Shown here piece by piece: positions 12,460-25,424 of a DNA stretch of 64,000 bases. The stretch's first letter is position 1. Each line of letters begins with the position of its first letter. The position numbers and the translations under genes are program-made. The notes under the pieces were generated by a model. That model searched no databases. It was not told the origin of the DNA and saw only the letters and a list, made by a program, of their open reading frames with translations. The stretch comes from Felis catus (Eukaryota), in assembly GCF_018350175.1 (NCBI RefSeq), contig NC_058368.1, positions 218,304,001 through 218,368,000 of the forward strand, read 5' to 3'.

Positions 12460-13050
12460 AGAGTGATGACGAAATCAAGAAATCCCACTGATTCAACTTA
12501 AAAAACGATTATTTGTCGATCCGACAAAGTCTCCTGTAATCTGGTGGCTCTTTAGAGACTCATGGACCTAGTGCATGTCCATTGTACAGCACAATCATCT
12601 CAAGATGTGATTTCCAACTCTCTTCAGGGTGGAAGGAGAAAGAAAAAAAAATTAGTCCAGGAATCAGGATATATATGCCAGGAGACAGGCATGTCATTTC
12701 TTTCTCTTTTTTTAAAATTTTTTTAATCTTTATTTATTTTTGAGAGAGAGACAGAGTGTGAGCAGAGGAGGAGCTGAGGGGAGGGAGACACAGAATCAGA
12801 AGCAGGCTCCAGGCCCTGAGCTGTCAGCACAGAGATCCACATGGGGCTCAAACTCTCATGAACCAAAGTCGGATGCTTAACCAACTAAGCCACCCAGGTG
12901 CCCCTCTCAATCATGTCATTTCTGTTTAAAATTCTTTAGGAAGAACTAGCTTCTACCTTAAGTATAAGAGGCTCAGGAAACAGCCTGCTGGGCTTCCTGT
13001 AAGAAGCGGCACACCAGGTATTGATGAGCACTGGTAATGTTTATAATCTC
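12460..13050 (-). mobile_element. Old MaLR LTR (MLT1J/K/L-like) interrupted by a SINE
   Basis: Degenerate MLT1-like text (aagaaatcccactgattcaacttaaaaaa; catgtcatttctg...aggaagaactag). Confidence 0.4.
12702..12904 (-). mobile_element. Can-SINE with small internal deletion
   Basis: TSD catgtcatttct at 12690-12701 and 12912-12923. Confidence 0.93.
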
Positions 13051-13739
13051 CATGTGGACCAACCCTATGACTCAAATGTCTGTCTATTATGACTCTGTAT
13101 TTAGAATGCTCCAGTCACTTTCCAGACGATAAAAGAACAGGATATGATTACATCAGTCCAAATTCTCCAAATCACTCTAAAGGAAACATATGGATACCAA
13201 ACACTTGGTATTCAGACCATTTTTTCTCTTATCCATTGCATCATAGGTATGTTTGGCAGTATTCATAAATTATTAATTCATGTTCAAATAGTTGAAAAGA
13301 GTTTTTAGGAATGTTATTGATGTTTGAGTAGACCATACAAAACATCTTTCTGTGTTGATTATCTTGTAATAACCTTTGGAAAGTTTCACAGTGTCATAGA
13401 AACAAATAGTATTTTGAATATGGTGAGTTCTCAGTAGTTATTTGCTTAAGGATTAATTATTACATTGTGTCTTGAAATTACAGTTAAAATTGCAGAACAT
13501 ATGTCCCCTTTCCCAGAGACTGGTTAGCTTTTCAATGCATTTATATTTGTAATTGTGCATTTCAACAATTAGAAGTAGTTACCATTTGAAAAACTAAAAC
13601 CATTGTTGATGCACCTTATAGGATTAATTCAATTTAATACTACAAGCATGTATCAGCTGTATCCAAAGTACAAACCAGCAAGATTATAAGAACAAAACAA
13701 AATGATTAAAATATATGCTGTCAATTATACCTTTATCTT

Positions 13740-13959
13740 TTAAAATTTTACTTTAATGTCTATTTATTATTGGCAGACAGAGAAAGACAGAGCATGAGCA
13801 TGGGAGGGGCACAGAGAGGAGGAGATGTGGAATCTGAAGCAGACTCCAGGCTCTGAGCTGTTAGCACAGAACCAGACGCGGGGCTCGAACTCATAAACTG
13901 CGAGATCATGACCTGAGCTGAAGTCGGATGCTTAACTGACTGAGCCACCCAGGCGCCCC
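13740..13959 (-). mobile_element. Can-SINE, relatively young
   Basis: Perfect 17-bp TSD aattatacctttatctt at 13723-13739 and 13961-13977; several CpGs retained. Confidence 0.97.
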
Positions 13960-14046
13960 AAATTATACCTTTATCTTAAAGACAAAGATTTACTGAAGCT
14001 GTAAGATTATAGAAGAAAATAATCGAAAAACTATCTAGGTTTACAT

Positions 14047-14259
14047 GTTATTTTTTGTAAGTGAGAGAATGAGAGTACATGAGCAGAGGAACAGGACAGA
14101 GAGAGAGAGAGAGAGAGAGAGAAAGAATCTCAAGCAGCCTCCTCGTTCAGTGCAGAGCCCAACACAGGGCTTGATACAACAACCCTGGGATCATGACCTA
14201 TGAACTGAGCTGAAATGAAGAGTCAGATGCTCAACCAACTTAGCCACCTAGGAGCTACC
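14047..14259 (-). mobile_element. Can-SINE, older variant
   Basis: (GA)n plus body ending ttagccacctagg. Confidence 0.9.
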
Positions 14260-15897
14260 ACAGGTTAATATTAACTACACATTTTACACTCCAAATCATT
14301 AAAAAAATAAGACAGATACTATATTAAGAGCAAATAATTGCTTGTTTACTTGATCTAGGGTGTATTTAGTTAGTGTTCAATGGTTAAGTACATAGGTTGA
14401 ATATATTAAATCTATGCATCTCAGACATATTAGAATGATTGATTTATAAGGTCACTTCTTATTCTAAAGAGTTCAATTGTATAATTCCAAAAAACCATAT
14501 GCCTAACCTTATTGCAAGAATCATAGACTAAACTGAAACTTTTCTTATGGGTCAGAGGATGCCTTGGGCACATAGGCTACATACCAGCAATTCTATTATT
14601 GACTCAGCTATAGATCATTTTGATTTGGCATGAAAACTAGCCACTTAATCTTTTCTGCTCTAGTTCCCTCAGTTGAGGATCAAAAAAATGTTTCTGTTTG
14701 ATTGTCTTATAGAGAGGACATTTATGTCATGCTGTTAGCTCTAATCACCTATAGAAAAAACTTGGCCAGCGATACATGGCTTCCTGTTTCCCAGCTGTGT
14801 TTTCCAACTGTTCCTTCTGCTAAGGTATTTTTGGGGGTATAACAGGTAAGTAAAAAACCTTATGATGAAAAGAACTGATAATAATATGATAGAGGTTAAG
14901 CAATTTCTTGACAAACATAAACCTGGAGGAGAAGAAAGAGGATTGCCGGTGACAGATAGAAGCCAACTGTATTGAAGTAAGTGGCCAGGGAAACAAAAGC
15001 AGACCAGAGTCTCGATCTGGGTCCACCTAAGAGCCTGATGGTAAACAGCAAATAAGACTGCAAAGTCTGAGTGGACTACAGCTACCCCGTACTTTACCAG
15101 GAATATTAAAGAAGAATTAAGTGTGTATAGATTATTTTGATTCATGGGCATATATTATAGGATGATATTGCTAATATATTGATGGAGCCAAAAAGTTTAT
15201 GCTTTTTAAATAAGAAATTAACAGGAACACTCAAAAATGGTAATGAGCACTTCCTCAAAGATTCCAACATTTATATTTGCCTTTACATATGAATATTGGC
15301 ATCCTATTATTAAAGAAAGCCAATACAAGGCTTAGAGTTTATTAAACTTTTGCAGAATATATTTATATCACTTTAGACTTCATTAACTCGATGAGAGCTA
15401 ACTGCATCTACAAGTAGCTTAAGGCTATGGTTTCAATCTGGCCAGGCCTGTCATCCTGTGGTATTACTGTGGAAATGCACCTCACTGGGATACAAAATAT
15501 CATAAAGAAGAAGGTGAGGAAAAATCCAGGGACATACCAAGTGAAGTGGTTTTTCTGGTAGCAAAGGAAGAAGCAGGAAGTATCTAAGTGTATTCCAATG
15601 AGAGGAGACAAGAGCGTTTACTAAAATCAGATGCTTGAAGGAGGTATCTGCTCACCAAGGTCTTATGTCTTATACTATCTTGCTGTAAACTATCTTTACA
15701 ACAGTAATTGAAAAGCAACAATGACAACAAAAACAAACTCTGTTTTCCCATTTTAGTCTTCACTGATATACCTTACTACAAAAAAATAAAATAAAATAAA
15801 ATGTTTTAAAATCCAAAGAGTAAGTCCTGCTCAAACGATAGCTCTCTAATTAGGTCCTAATATGAGTGAATAGCCTGTAAAAGGCAGTCAGGAAACA

Positions 15898-16115
15898 TTT
15901 TTTTTTTTCTAAATGGTTATTTATTTTTGAGAAGGAGATCGAGAACGAGTTGGGGAGGAGCAGAGAGAGAGGGAGACAGAATCCCAAGCAGGTTCCACAC
16001 TGTCAGCACAGAGCCTGATGCAATGCTTGAACCCAAAAACTGTGAGATCATGACCTGAGCTGAAATTAAAAGGTGGATGCTTAACCTCAGTGGATGCTGG
16101 GCCACCCAGGTATCC
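15898..16115 (-). mobile_element. Can-SINE, first of adjacent pair
   Basis: Body motifs gaatcccaagcaggttccacactgtcagcacagagcc. Confidence 0.93.
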
Positions 16116-16119
16116 TGGG

Positions 16120-16320
16120 TAAAAAAAAAGTTTATTTATTTATCTTGAGAGAGAGAGTGAGCATGCAAGCAGGGGAGGGACACAGAGAGAGAATCCCAAG
16201 CAGGCTCCACACCATCAGCCCAGAGCCCCATCTGGGGCAACCACCTCAGGAACCATGAGATCATGACCTGAGCCTATTTCAAGAGTTAGATGCTTAACAG
16301 ACTGAGCCACCCAGGTGCCT
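16120..16320 (-). mobile_element. Can-SINE, second of adjacent pair
   Basis: Body ending actgagccacccaggtgcc. Confidence 0.93.
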
Positions 16321-16424
16321 ACAGGAAACAAAATTTTAATGTGATGCCCCAAATATTGGGGGAAGGACACCAAATTTACAGTGATAGAGGTTTTGTCTAG
16401 ATTTGTTATTGTAGTATATAACAT

Positions 16425-16579
16425 GATAACTTTTATTTGGAAAAAATAAAATTTACAGAAAATTATAAGAGCAAGAATATTACAAAGAATACCTATAAGC
16501 TTTTATCCAGTACATTACTATTTTATCCATTCATACATGTAGTTATTTTTAATTTGCTCCCTCAATCTCTCTCTGTCTC

Positions 16580-16625
<46 letters not shown>

Positions 16626-16900
16626 TGCACACGCACACACATATTCACTCACACACAAACACATGATTTTTGAAACATCTGAGAAGTTAAATACATTGTG
16701 GCCCTCTGTCCCTAAATATTTAAATATTTCTTTTAATAATAGTGAAATTCACACTGCAGTTATCAACCTGAGTACATTTACAAGTAACATTTTACCTAAT
16801 TACTTCCCATGATACAATTTTGTTGTTTGAACCAATGATGTTCGTTACAGTATTTTCCCTTCCACTAATGATCTCAGTATAAAATTAGGTATTGCATGGT
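16425..16900 (-). mobile_element. Old L1 3' end (L1MC4/5-like), antisense, containing (CA)n
   Basis: aacttttatttggaaaaaataaaatttacagaaaatt...tttttgaaacatctgagaagttaaatacat. Confidence 0.55.
16583..16622. repeat. (CA)n microsatellite
   Basis: Read directly from sequence. Confidence 0.97.
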
Positions 16901-17134
16901 ATACTATAATGTTGATAGAGATAAATGGAGATTGATGTGAAAAAGAATGCTATTAAATTCACCTGCTTAAATGCCACTGTTTTTCCTCTAATATATATCT
17001 AGGCTATATCTTGTATAATAGGAAAAATGAGATAACATCATCTTTTTATCTAAGACTGTTTTTAATACTTTGTTAGTTTTTTTTTCAACAAATGTGTTGA
17101 TGACTATATCAAATATTTTATATTAATTAACCCA

Positions 17135-17430
17135 TTTATTTATTTAGCATGTATTTAATGAGTGCTTACTATATGTTGGGATTTTTATTGACAAGCTGGG
17201 GATATACAGATGAACTCATAGGAAAGCTCCCTGCTGAGAATAGTAGAAACTGAGGTCAGAGAAGGCAGAAATCATATCATAAAAGGTATTGTAAGTCTTG
17301 ATAAAGAGTTTGGAATGTATTACAAATATTCGAATAAGTCATTAATGGTTGAGACAGTGCAATGACTTATATTATAGAAATATAAATCCGGATACTGCTT
17401 TTAAAACAGATTTTAGAGTGTTTGGTAAAT
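17135..17430 (-). mobile_element. LINE-2 3' fragment
   Basis: atttatttagcatgtatttaatgagtgcttactatatg...gctggggatatacagatgaa is the reverse complement of an L2 3' end. Confidence 0.7.
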
Positions 17431-17439
17431 TGGTTGTAA

Positions 17440-17840
17440 AGGTGAATACAATTCTCCACTCTTCTCGCCCCACCTCCCCAAGCCCCTATATCATGTCCAC
17501 AATCTTTGCAACGTGTCTTTGCAACAACTCTCATCATTTCTATTTCTCTACCCATTAGTCTGGCTTGGCCTTGCAACTTTTGGCCAATGGAATGTGCCAG
17601 AGTGACAGCATTCCAGATCTGAGCCTAAGCCTCATAAGGCATAGCACACTTCTGTTCTCTCACTTGGACCTCTTAGATCGTCATGAAAAGACACCCAGGC
17701 TGGTCTCCTGGATGAAGTGATGTGTGAAATGGAGCCAATAGTCTAAGCTGAGGGTATCTTAACATCAGCCAACAGCCAGCTGACTGTCAGACATGTCAGT
17801 GTGCCTAAGCCAAGCCCAGAACTTCTTTGCCAAGCCTACT
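17440..17840 (+). mobile_element. MaLR LTR (MLT1H/I-like)
   Basis: tggccaatggaatgtgccagagtgacagcattccagatctgagcctaagcctca core motif. Confidence 0.7.
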
Positions 17841-18504
17841 GAAGATCTTTTATCTTCTACTCGTCAACAAAATTAATGCCTTCGTGTCTGTGATAATTTG
17901 AGTTACCCAATGGAAATAATTCTAGAACAACTATTGCTTATTCTAATAAAGCTCTACTTGGGGAAAAAATAAATTGGCATTCTTTATTTATTTTATTTTT
18001 AATTTGATGTAAAAATTCTTTTCCTATCTTTTAATTCAGATTTATCTTGAAAACAAAGTATGTGGAAATGATTAAATGCATGTTTAAATAAAGACCTTTC
18101 CTCCTGGTTTTGTTATACAATGCCACAATATTAGAAGCATACTGTAGGCAATAAGCTACTAATTTTCAGCTGCTTTTAAATGTCAGGGATTACTTTTTAA
18201 AGCTTTTTTGTATTAAGAAAGCACAAATTACCATTTCATTTTTTTCTCTTATTGATGAGCATAACAGGATAATTTATGTGTATAATTTTGTTGTTGTTGA
18301 AACTCTATAAAATGTCATTCATATAGCATATGAACTTTTACAAAGTAGAAAATAAAGCATGAATAAAGCTTTAGGAAATACTTTTCTAATACATTGAAGA
18401 CTATCACAATTACCTTTGAAGAGTTAAGGAAATGATAAAGGGTTTTGATGAGCTGTTTAAGTATAAATTACTCATCACACTGATATAACATTTTATTTTA
18501 ATGT

Positions 18505-18840
18505 CCATGATGGTTAATTTTATGTATCAGCTTGACTGGGCTATGGAGTACCAGATATTTAATTAAACTTTATTCTGGGTGTGTCTGTGAGGGTGTTTGT
18601 GGAAAAGATTAACATTTGAATTCGTGAAATATACAAATTAAATTATCCTCCACAATGTGGGTGGGCCCTAACCAATCCATTCAAAGATTGAATAGAACTA
18701 AATTCAGAGTAAGAGAGAATCCACTCTCTGTCTTTGTGCTGGGACATTGGTCTTCTCTTGCCTTTGGACCAGAAATTACACCATCAGGTCTTCTTCCTTT
18801 AGGCCTTTGTACTTAGACTAGAACTATACCATTTGTCTCT
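18505..18840 (+). mobile_element. ERVL LTR (MLT2-like), 5' part
   Basis: tgatggttaattttatgtatcagcttgactgggct...gggtgtgtctgtgagggtgttt resembles the MLT2 start. Confidence 0.85.
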
Positions 18841-18879
18841 AAGCTTAAAGTAAAGGGGAAGTATAAAGTGCCAGAAATG

Positions 18880-19673
18880 CATTCACTCATTCATTCAGCA
18901 AAATAGACTGAACGTCTGTTAGATGACAGAAAATATTCTATATAGTATAAATGAAAATTTTAAAAAAATAATAAAACAACTTCCTTCTTAAAGTTTTTAT
19001 TTTGTTAGAGAAAACAATTAAAAATATATTAATAAAATCTGTGATATGTTATATACTTCTAAGAAGATATATTTTTATTGAAAATGTGGCATTTGAATAA
19101 AAACCTGAAAGAGGTGCATAAGTGAGCAGTTTAGATGTTTGAAGAGGGATCCCTCAGGCTGATGAAAGAGTAGGAATACAGCCCTTGAGGGGAGTACATA
19201 TCTGCAGTGCATAAGGAATGACTATTAAGTAATGTTTCATGTATTGTAGATCATTTTAAAGCTTTTGATTTTTACTATGAATGAGATGGGAATAGAGTGG
19301 AGGATTCTGAGTAGTGATTAGCATGATCTGACCTCTACTTTAACAATGTCTTTTTAGCTTTTGGGTTAGGAATAGATAAAATAGGACATATGTAAAAGCA
19401 GGGAGACTGTCTGTTGTAATCACCCAAAAGAGTGATGATGATGGCTTGAACCAGGGTGTCAGTCAGTGGGTGTCTAAGAACTAAGTGGGCTTTAGGGGTA
19501 CCTGGATGGCTCAGTCAGTTAAGTGCCTGACTTTGGCTCAGGTCATTCTCTCACAGTTCACGAGTTTCAGCCCCACATCAGTCTCTCTGCTATCAACATG
19601 GAACATGCTTCAGATCTTCTGACCCCTCTCTCTCTGCCCCTCCCCCACTTGTGTGTGTGCACGCATGCACACA

Positions 19674-19704
<31 letters not shown>

Positions 19705-20540
19705 AATAAATAAACATTTTTAAAAATCGTGAAAAAATGAACTAAGTTTTAGATATATTTTGAAAGTAGAGATATGTTTTTGAGAGACAATGGTGTGAGA
19801 ATACTCAAAGATGATTCCAAGTGTCTATAATCTGTGTAACTGGGAAAGTGTACTTCACATTTACTGTGACCAGAAAGACTGTAGGAAGGTCAGATATTCC
19901 GTATAATACAAAATCTGTTGGACACAAGTCTGATATCTCTAAGAAGTTAATATATATAAAACAGACAGTTAGACATAAGATTTGGGAACTTATAAGAGAT
20001 CTCTGGCTGGAAATATATATTTGGAATTTTCTGTGTACAAATGGTAGGTAAAAAACTATTTATTAGACAAGACCAAAGAGCCACCAGGTGCAGATAAAAA
20101 TATATATCTTCTAAATAACTGAATTTGGGAACATTTCAACATTAAGAAATGATTAAGGAGGAAAATTTAAAGGAGACAAAGGAGAAGTGGTCAATGAGAA
20201 AGGAGAAAACCTTGAGGGTGTACTGTTCTGAAGTCTACATGAAAAAAGTATTTATCTGAAGAAAAGAAAAAAAACCCTGGATAAATACAAGGAAAACTGA
20301 GAAATGACTAATATGTATAGGAACCAATGTGCTTAGCATCCATGCTGGCAGAATACTGAAGAGGTAAAATTCTATTTGGAATGGTTTAAAAAGTATTGGA
20401 TGAGAAAAAATTGGGTATAGACAATTTTTTTCAAGAAATTTAATTCCAAGGTGAAAAAGAAAATTGAGCAATAGTTGGAGGAGAAAATGGCATCAAAAGA
20501 GAATTTTATGAAAATGTGTGGAAGCTTTTTTAAATTTTTT
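18880..20540 (-). mobile_element. LINE-2 fragment, antisense, interrupted by a SINE
   Basis: cattcactcattcattcagcaaaata start; purine-rich L2 text (ggcttgaaccagggtg, tagatatattttgaaagtaga, caaagatgattccaagtg). Confidence 0.75.
19495..19737 (+). mobile_element. Can-SINE
   Basis: ggggtacctggatggctcagtcagttaag head, CT tract, A-tail; gaactaagt on both flanks. Confidence 0.93.
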
Positions 20541-20877
20541 AAATGGAAATGATCCAATAGTTACCAATAGAATTGACAATGCAGGTGCAGTGTGGGCTTT
20601 GGGTAGTTTCTATTTACTAAGGGAAGAATTTGCCTTTGCCTGTAGCATAGCCGATTCTTTCTAAGTAAAAGGAGTTCTGGGAACTTTCTTATAACTTGAG
20701 AAGTAAGAGAAGAAAATGCAGTAGGGAAATATAGTACTTTTCCCAGGCATCACTCAGGATCTTTTTCAGGTATCATTTTCTCCTGGAATGTATCACAATT
20801 TCTAGTGTCCTGTTTATCCATTTCTTTCCTAGAGATGGGGAGTGCTAGTATGAATTTGTCACATAAATAGAACCATG

Positions 20878-21086
20878 TTTTTTTAAATTTTTTTCAATGT
20901 TTATTTATTTTTGACAGAGCGTTAGCAGGGGAGGGGTAGAGAGAGAGGGAGACAAAGAATCTGAAGCAGGCTCAAGGCTCTGAGCTGTCAGCACAGAGCC
21001 CGATGTGGGGCTCAAACTCACAAGCTGTGAGATCATGTCCTGAACAGAAGTCAGATACTTAACCAACTGAGCCACCCATGTACCCC
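20878..21086 (-). mobile_element. Can-SINE
   Basis: Complete body on minus strand. Confidence 0.93.
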
Positions 21087-21431
21087 ATAAGGGAAGATTT
21101 AGTAAGAAGATTAAATGTAGTTTGTAGGAATTCTTTTGGTTCTGTTTGCTTCCACACAGCTTGGGGTATGGAAATTGAGGGTGCTTCCACTAGGGAGACT
21201 ATCCAAGCAGATTCCTTTTCCCTTTCTTTTCATGTTTCATCTGTTTCATCTCACAGGGGCTCACTGACACAGGGACTGGAGACACTACCTGAAGAATACT
21301 TGAGTAGGAGTCCTAAGCAAGACCAATATATTGAAATTTAATCGCAAGATATTTCTTAACTCATTTTTATTATGTTGTCTGTAGCCAAAGAATATATTAA
21401 CATATTAGTCTTTTAAAAGAATACAAAGGAA

Positions 21432-21649
21432 GGGGTGCCTGGGTGGCTCAGTCGGTTGTGCATTCGACTTCAGTTCAGGTCAAGATCTCATGGTTTGTGA
21501 GTTCGAGCCCCGTGTCGGGCTCTGTGCTGACAGCTCACAGCCTGGAGCCTGCTTCAGATTCTGTCTTCCTCTCTCTGGCCCTCCCCCACTCATGCTCTGT
21601 CTCACTCTCTCTCTCAAAAATAAAATAAAAAGAAACATTAATTTTTTTT
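21432..21649 (+). mobile_element. Can-SINE
   Basis: Perfect TSD aaaagaatacaaaggaa at 21415-21431 and 21650-21666. Confidence 0.97.
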
Positions 21650-23489
21650 AAAAGAATACAAAGGAAGCTTGATGATTTGCTTTGGGGCCTAATCTGGCAT
21701 GCAGTCCAGGAAAAAGAAAGTTCATGACATGGTTCAGACCACCTTAATATTGGCATTTGTATGCAAAACAACATGTTAATAAAGATGATTACCTTATCAG
21801 TCATTGGATACTTCTCATATGTGATCTTTGGGAAATTTTTGGATATGGTACCTGAAAGCAGAAAAAAATTCCAGTGTTTGCAGGCTTCCTGGAAAATTAT
21901 CATCTCAATATTAACTATTAACATATTTACAATGTTTTGGAAGACAATGTAGAAAATTTCAATATCATGCGTTGTCAAATTTTATTTAAAATTCATTTTC
22001 TCCAGGCTTTCTTTGTTAATTAACGATTTGAGAATATTCAGTTAGTCCCTTTTGCCCAAAAGTCGTTAACCTACAGATTTAAACATCTTTTGAGAAAGCA
22101 TTAACTATTTTATTTTTCCTGAAACATAATTTTGGTAATTGACAAATTCCATGATTATAATCAGGAATAGGTTACTTAGGTACCAATGAAATATACTGCC
22201 ATTCTTTCTAATTTTTAATTCTTGTTTCTTATTTTTGATGGTACTCATTTTTTTCATTCTTCATCCTTTAACTTTATTTCTTCCTGCCTACTTGGATTAG
22301 ATAAACTCTGTTAGCCCTAAAAGAATATTCAATTATAAATTCTATAGATACACAAATATTTTTAATTATTCCATATGAAAATGAACTGAAAACTCTAATG
22401 TGCATATCAACGTAGAATTCACACTTTGGAATATAAAATTAACTTTAATATTTAAAATACCTCAACCCAATATTTGCAATCATAAAGGAAAATGGAAGAA
22501 AAAGGAGCAACTGTCTTTTGATTTGATATCACCATTTGTTCTATTTTCCTGTGGGGAATTCATATAGAAGTGCAAGGACAATAAATTGTCAGGTTCAAAT
22601 TAAAATTTATACCTTGAGATAAAAATAAGAGGCACAAGAAAACAACATAGATCTTTTCAACAGAAGGCCTCCTGTTGCTCCTGATACTATGGGGTCCAAA
22701 GGTCCTATGAATTAGTTACTCTCTTGACACATTGTTGGGAACTTATTGCCAGCCTTCTTCCTTACAGAAAGCCTTTGATGTTTGGAAAAATAGGAAGCAA
22801 ATTGTATTTTACCTTCATTTTAAAACTCTGAGGCAACTCTAAACAAAACGCATTTCTTGTGCTTCCATTATTTTTTATGGTATACTATAAATGAAATACT
22901 TTTGTGGTAAAACTCTTCTCTTAATTAATGAATACACTTCTTCTTCTCTATTTCTGTCTTATTGTTGAAACCACCTTCATGTCTCTATATTTGCAAATTG
23001 AAATTTTGGTTCCAGTTCTGATTCATACATCACTATTTTTGTTCAAAGAATCACCAATGTTTTACAGTTTCACTCCTCAACTATTATTTTAACCATCACA
23101 TCATATCGATTTCTATGATCAAAACCATTTGTATATTTTTATTTCTTCTACTCATATCATTTAAATATGGAAATTATAATTGATCATGGATTTGTATTTT
23201 CAATTCAGATATTAGTTTTCAACTATTCAGAATGATTTCGACATCACGTTAACCTTCTGTTCAAAAAGTTCAAGAACCCACCATGCACTGTCCAAATTCC
23301 AGTAAGTTTTTCACAAAAGAGGTATAATGAGATCATTAAATATTGATCTAATGGAAATCCAATATAATGAAAATACACAAACAAAAGGATATACATTAAA
23401 AATAATTATGAAATATTAAGAATTTTGCTAGCATTCTAGATTTTGTGTAAGAAAGATTTTTTTGTCCACTTATATTTTTTATAGAAATA

Positions 23490-24033
23490 ATGAAATTGGT
23501 AACTAACAAGGGTGGAGGAGCATGTGATAAAGGGATAAGAAAAATAATCCCAAACTGAAAGCAAACAAGACAAATAAATTAAAGGGTATTTCTGGTAAAT
23601 AAATTAATGAAATATAAGAAGAATAATGAAAATAATTTGTCCAAGTAACATTTGAACATATACTTTAACTATAAACCCTCAGCTAAAACCAACATACAAA
23701 CATACACACAGGTATTCCTATTGAAAGCTAAGTATGTTTGAGATAGTGGTACGTATTTAGTAATTCTTTAACACCATCTTCTGTAATTATAGGATTGAGC
23801 AACAAACAAATATATTATCGCTTAGAACTGGCTTCCTCAATAGGAAAGAAGGGAAATATCAATCAGGAAGACAGGGAAGAACAATGTAGGATTAGATTTC
23901 ATTAAAAAGTATAAATGTAACTCCTGATTATGTGTATGTATGTGTGCATATGCATACATATATACACATACAGACACATTATTTCTGATATATGTATATA
24001 TGTGTATATTTACATATTTATATATACTTCAGA

Positions 24034-24075
<42 letters not shown>

Positions 24076-24470
24076 CTTTCTAGTATAAAGCTGAGAAACA
24101 AAACCAATGAGTTAAAAAATTCCCCTAAACTCATATAGCTGATGTACATTGGAGGTAGTATTTAAAACGCAGCACATGCTCCAAAAGTATTTGGCTGATT
24201 ATAATGTAAGTCAGAATTCAGGTATTACAGATGTATATTAATTTTTATTATGTAAAATGTGAACACTGTTACTTACCAGTTAAAATAGAAGCTAAAGTTG
24301 CATTCATAACATTGAAACTATGTTTGAATGTTAATATATGTTAAAAAGAATAATTGTAGTCTTCTAAAAGTAAACATACAGCAAAAGCTCAAAAGTGAAT
24401 CACTTATATATTTATTTTCCAAAAAAAAGTTATAGTAAAAAGGAAATGGATAAAATTATGGTAGCCAAAG
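23490..24470 (+). mobile_element. Old L1 3'UTR remnants (L1MC/MD-like)
   Basis: ccaagtaacatttgaacatatactttaactataaaccctcag...taggattgagcaacaaacaaatatatt. Confidence 0.45.
24039..24072. repeat. (TG)n microsatellite
   Basis: Read directly from sequence. Confidence 0.97.
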
Positions 24471-24494
24471 AGAATTTAAAAAATATATATATTC

Positions 24495-25424
24495 GACTGC
24501 TGAGGGAAGATGGCGGCGTAGGAGGACGCTGGGCTCACCGCGCGTCCTGCTGATCACTTAGATTCCACCCACACCTGCCTAAATAACCCAGAAAATCACC
24601 AGAAGACTAGCAGAATGGAGTCTCTGGAGCCAAGTGCAGAGGAGAGGCCCACGGAAGAGGGTAGGAAGGGCGGAGAGGCGGTGCGTGCTCCACGGACTGG
24701 CGGGAGGGAGCCGGGGCGGAGGGGCGGCCCTCCGGCCAAGCAGAGCCCCCGAGTCTGGCTTGCAAAAGCGGAGGGGCCGGGTGGACTGTGTTCCAACAGC
24801 AAGCCCGACTTAGCGTCTGGGAGGTCATAAGTGAACAGCTCTGCTCAGAAAGCGGGAAGGCTGGAGGACAAAGGGAGGGAGAGCTGCTGAGACCCCGGAC
24901 GACAGAGCTCAGTTTGGTGGGGAACAAAGGCGCTTGCCAGCGCCATCTCCCCCGCCCATCCCCCAGCCAAAATCCCAAAGAGAACCAGTTCCTGCCAGGG
25001 AACTTGCTCCATCCGCGCAAACACCCAACTCTGTGCTTCTGCGGAGCCAAACCTCCGGCAGCGGACCTGACTCACTCCTGCTGCCACAGGGCCCCTCCTG
25101 AAGTGGATCACCTAAGGAGAAGCGAGCTAAGCCTGCCCCTCCTGCCCCCGTGCACCTTGCCTACCCACCCCAGCTAATACGCCAGATCCCCAGCATCACA
25201 AGCCTGGCAGTGTGCAAGTAGCCCAGACAGGCCACCCCACCCCACAGTGAATCCCACCCCTAGGAGAGGGGAAGAGAAGGCACACACCAGTCTGACTGTG
25301 GCCCCAGCGGTGGGCTGGGGGCAGACATCAGGTCTGACTGCGGCCCCGCCCACCAACTCCAGTTATACACCACAGCACAGGGGAAGTGCCCTGCAGGTCC
25401 TCACCACGCCAGGGACTATCCAAA
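24495..25424 (+). promoter_or_regulatory. L1 5'UTR internal promoter, CpG-rich, with YY1 site
   Basis: AAGATGGCGGC at 24507-24517; only strongly GC/CpG-rich segment in the window. Confidence 0.85.

Noticed and set aside
14741..15151. 136-aa hydrophobic ORF on the minus strand
   Set aside because: No recognisable domain; hydrophobicity follows from T-rich composition.
25386..25424. ORF-track starts at 25386 and 26315 for ORF1 and ORF2
   Set aside because: These are GTG starts; the ATGs at 25425 and 26369 fit a eukaryotic L1.
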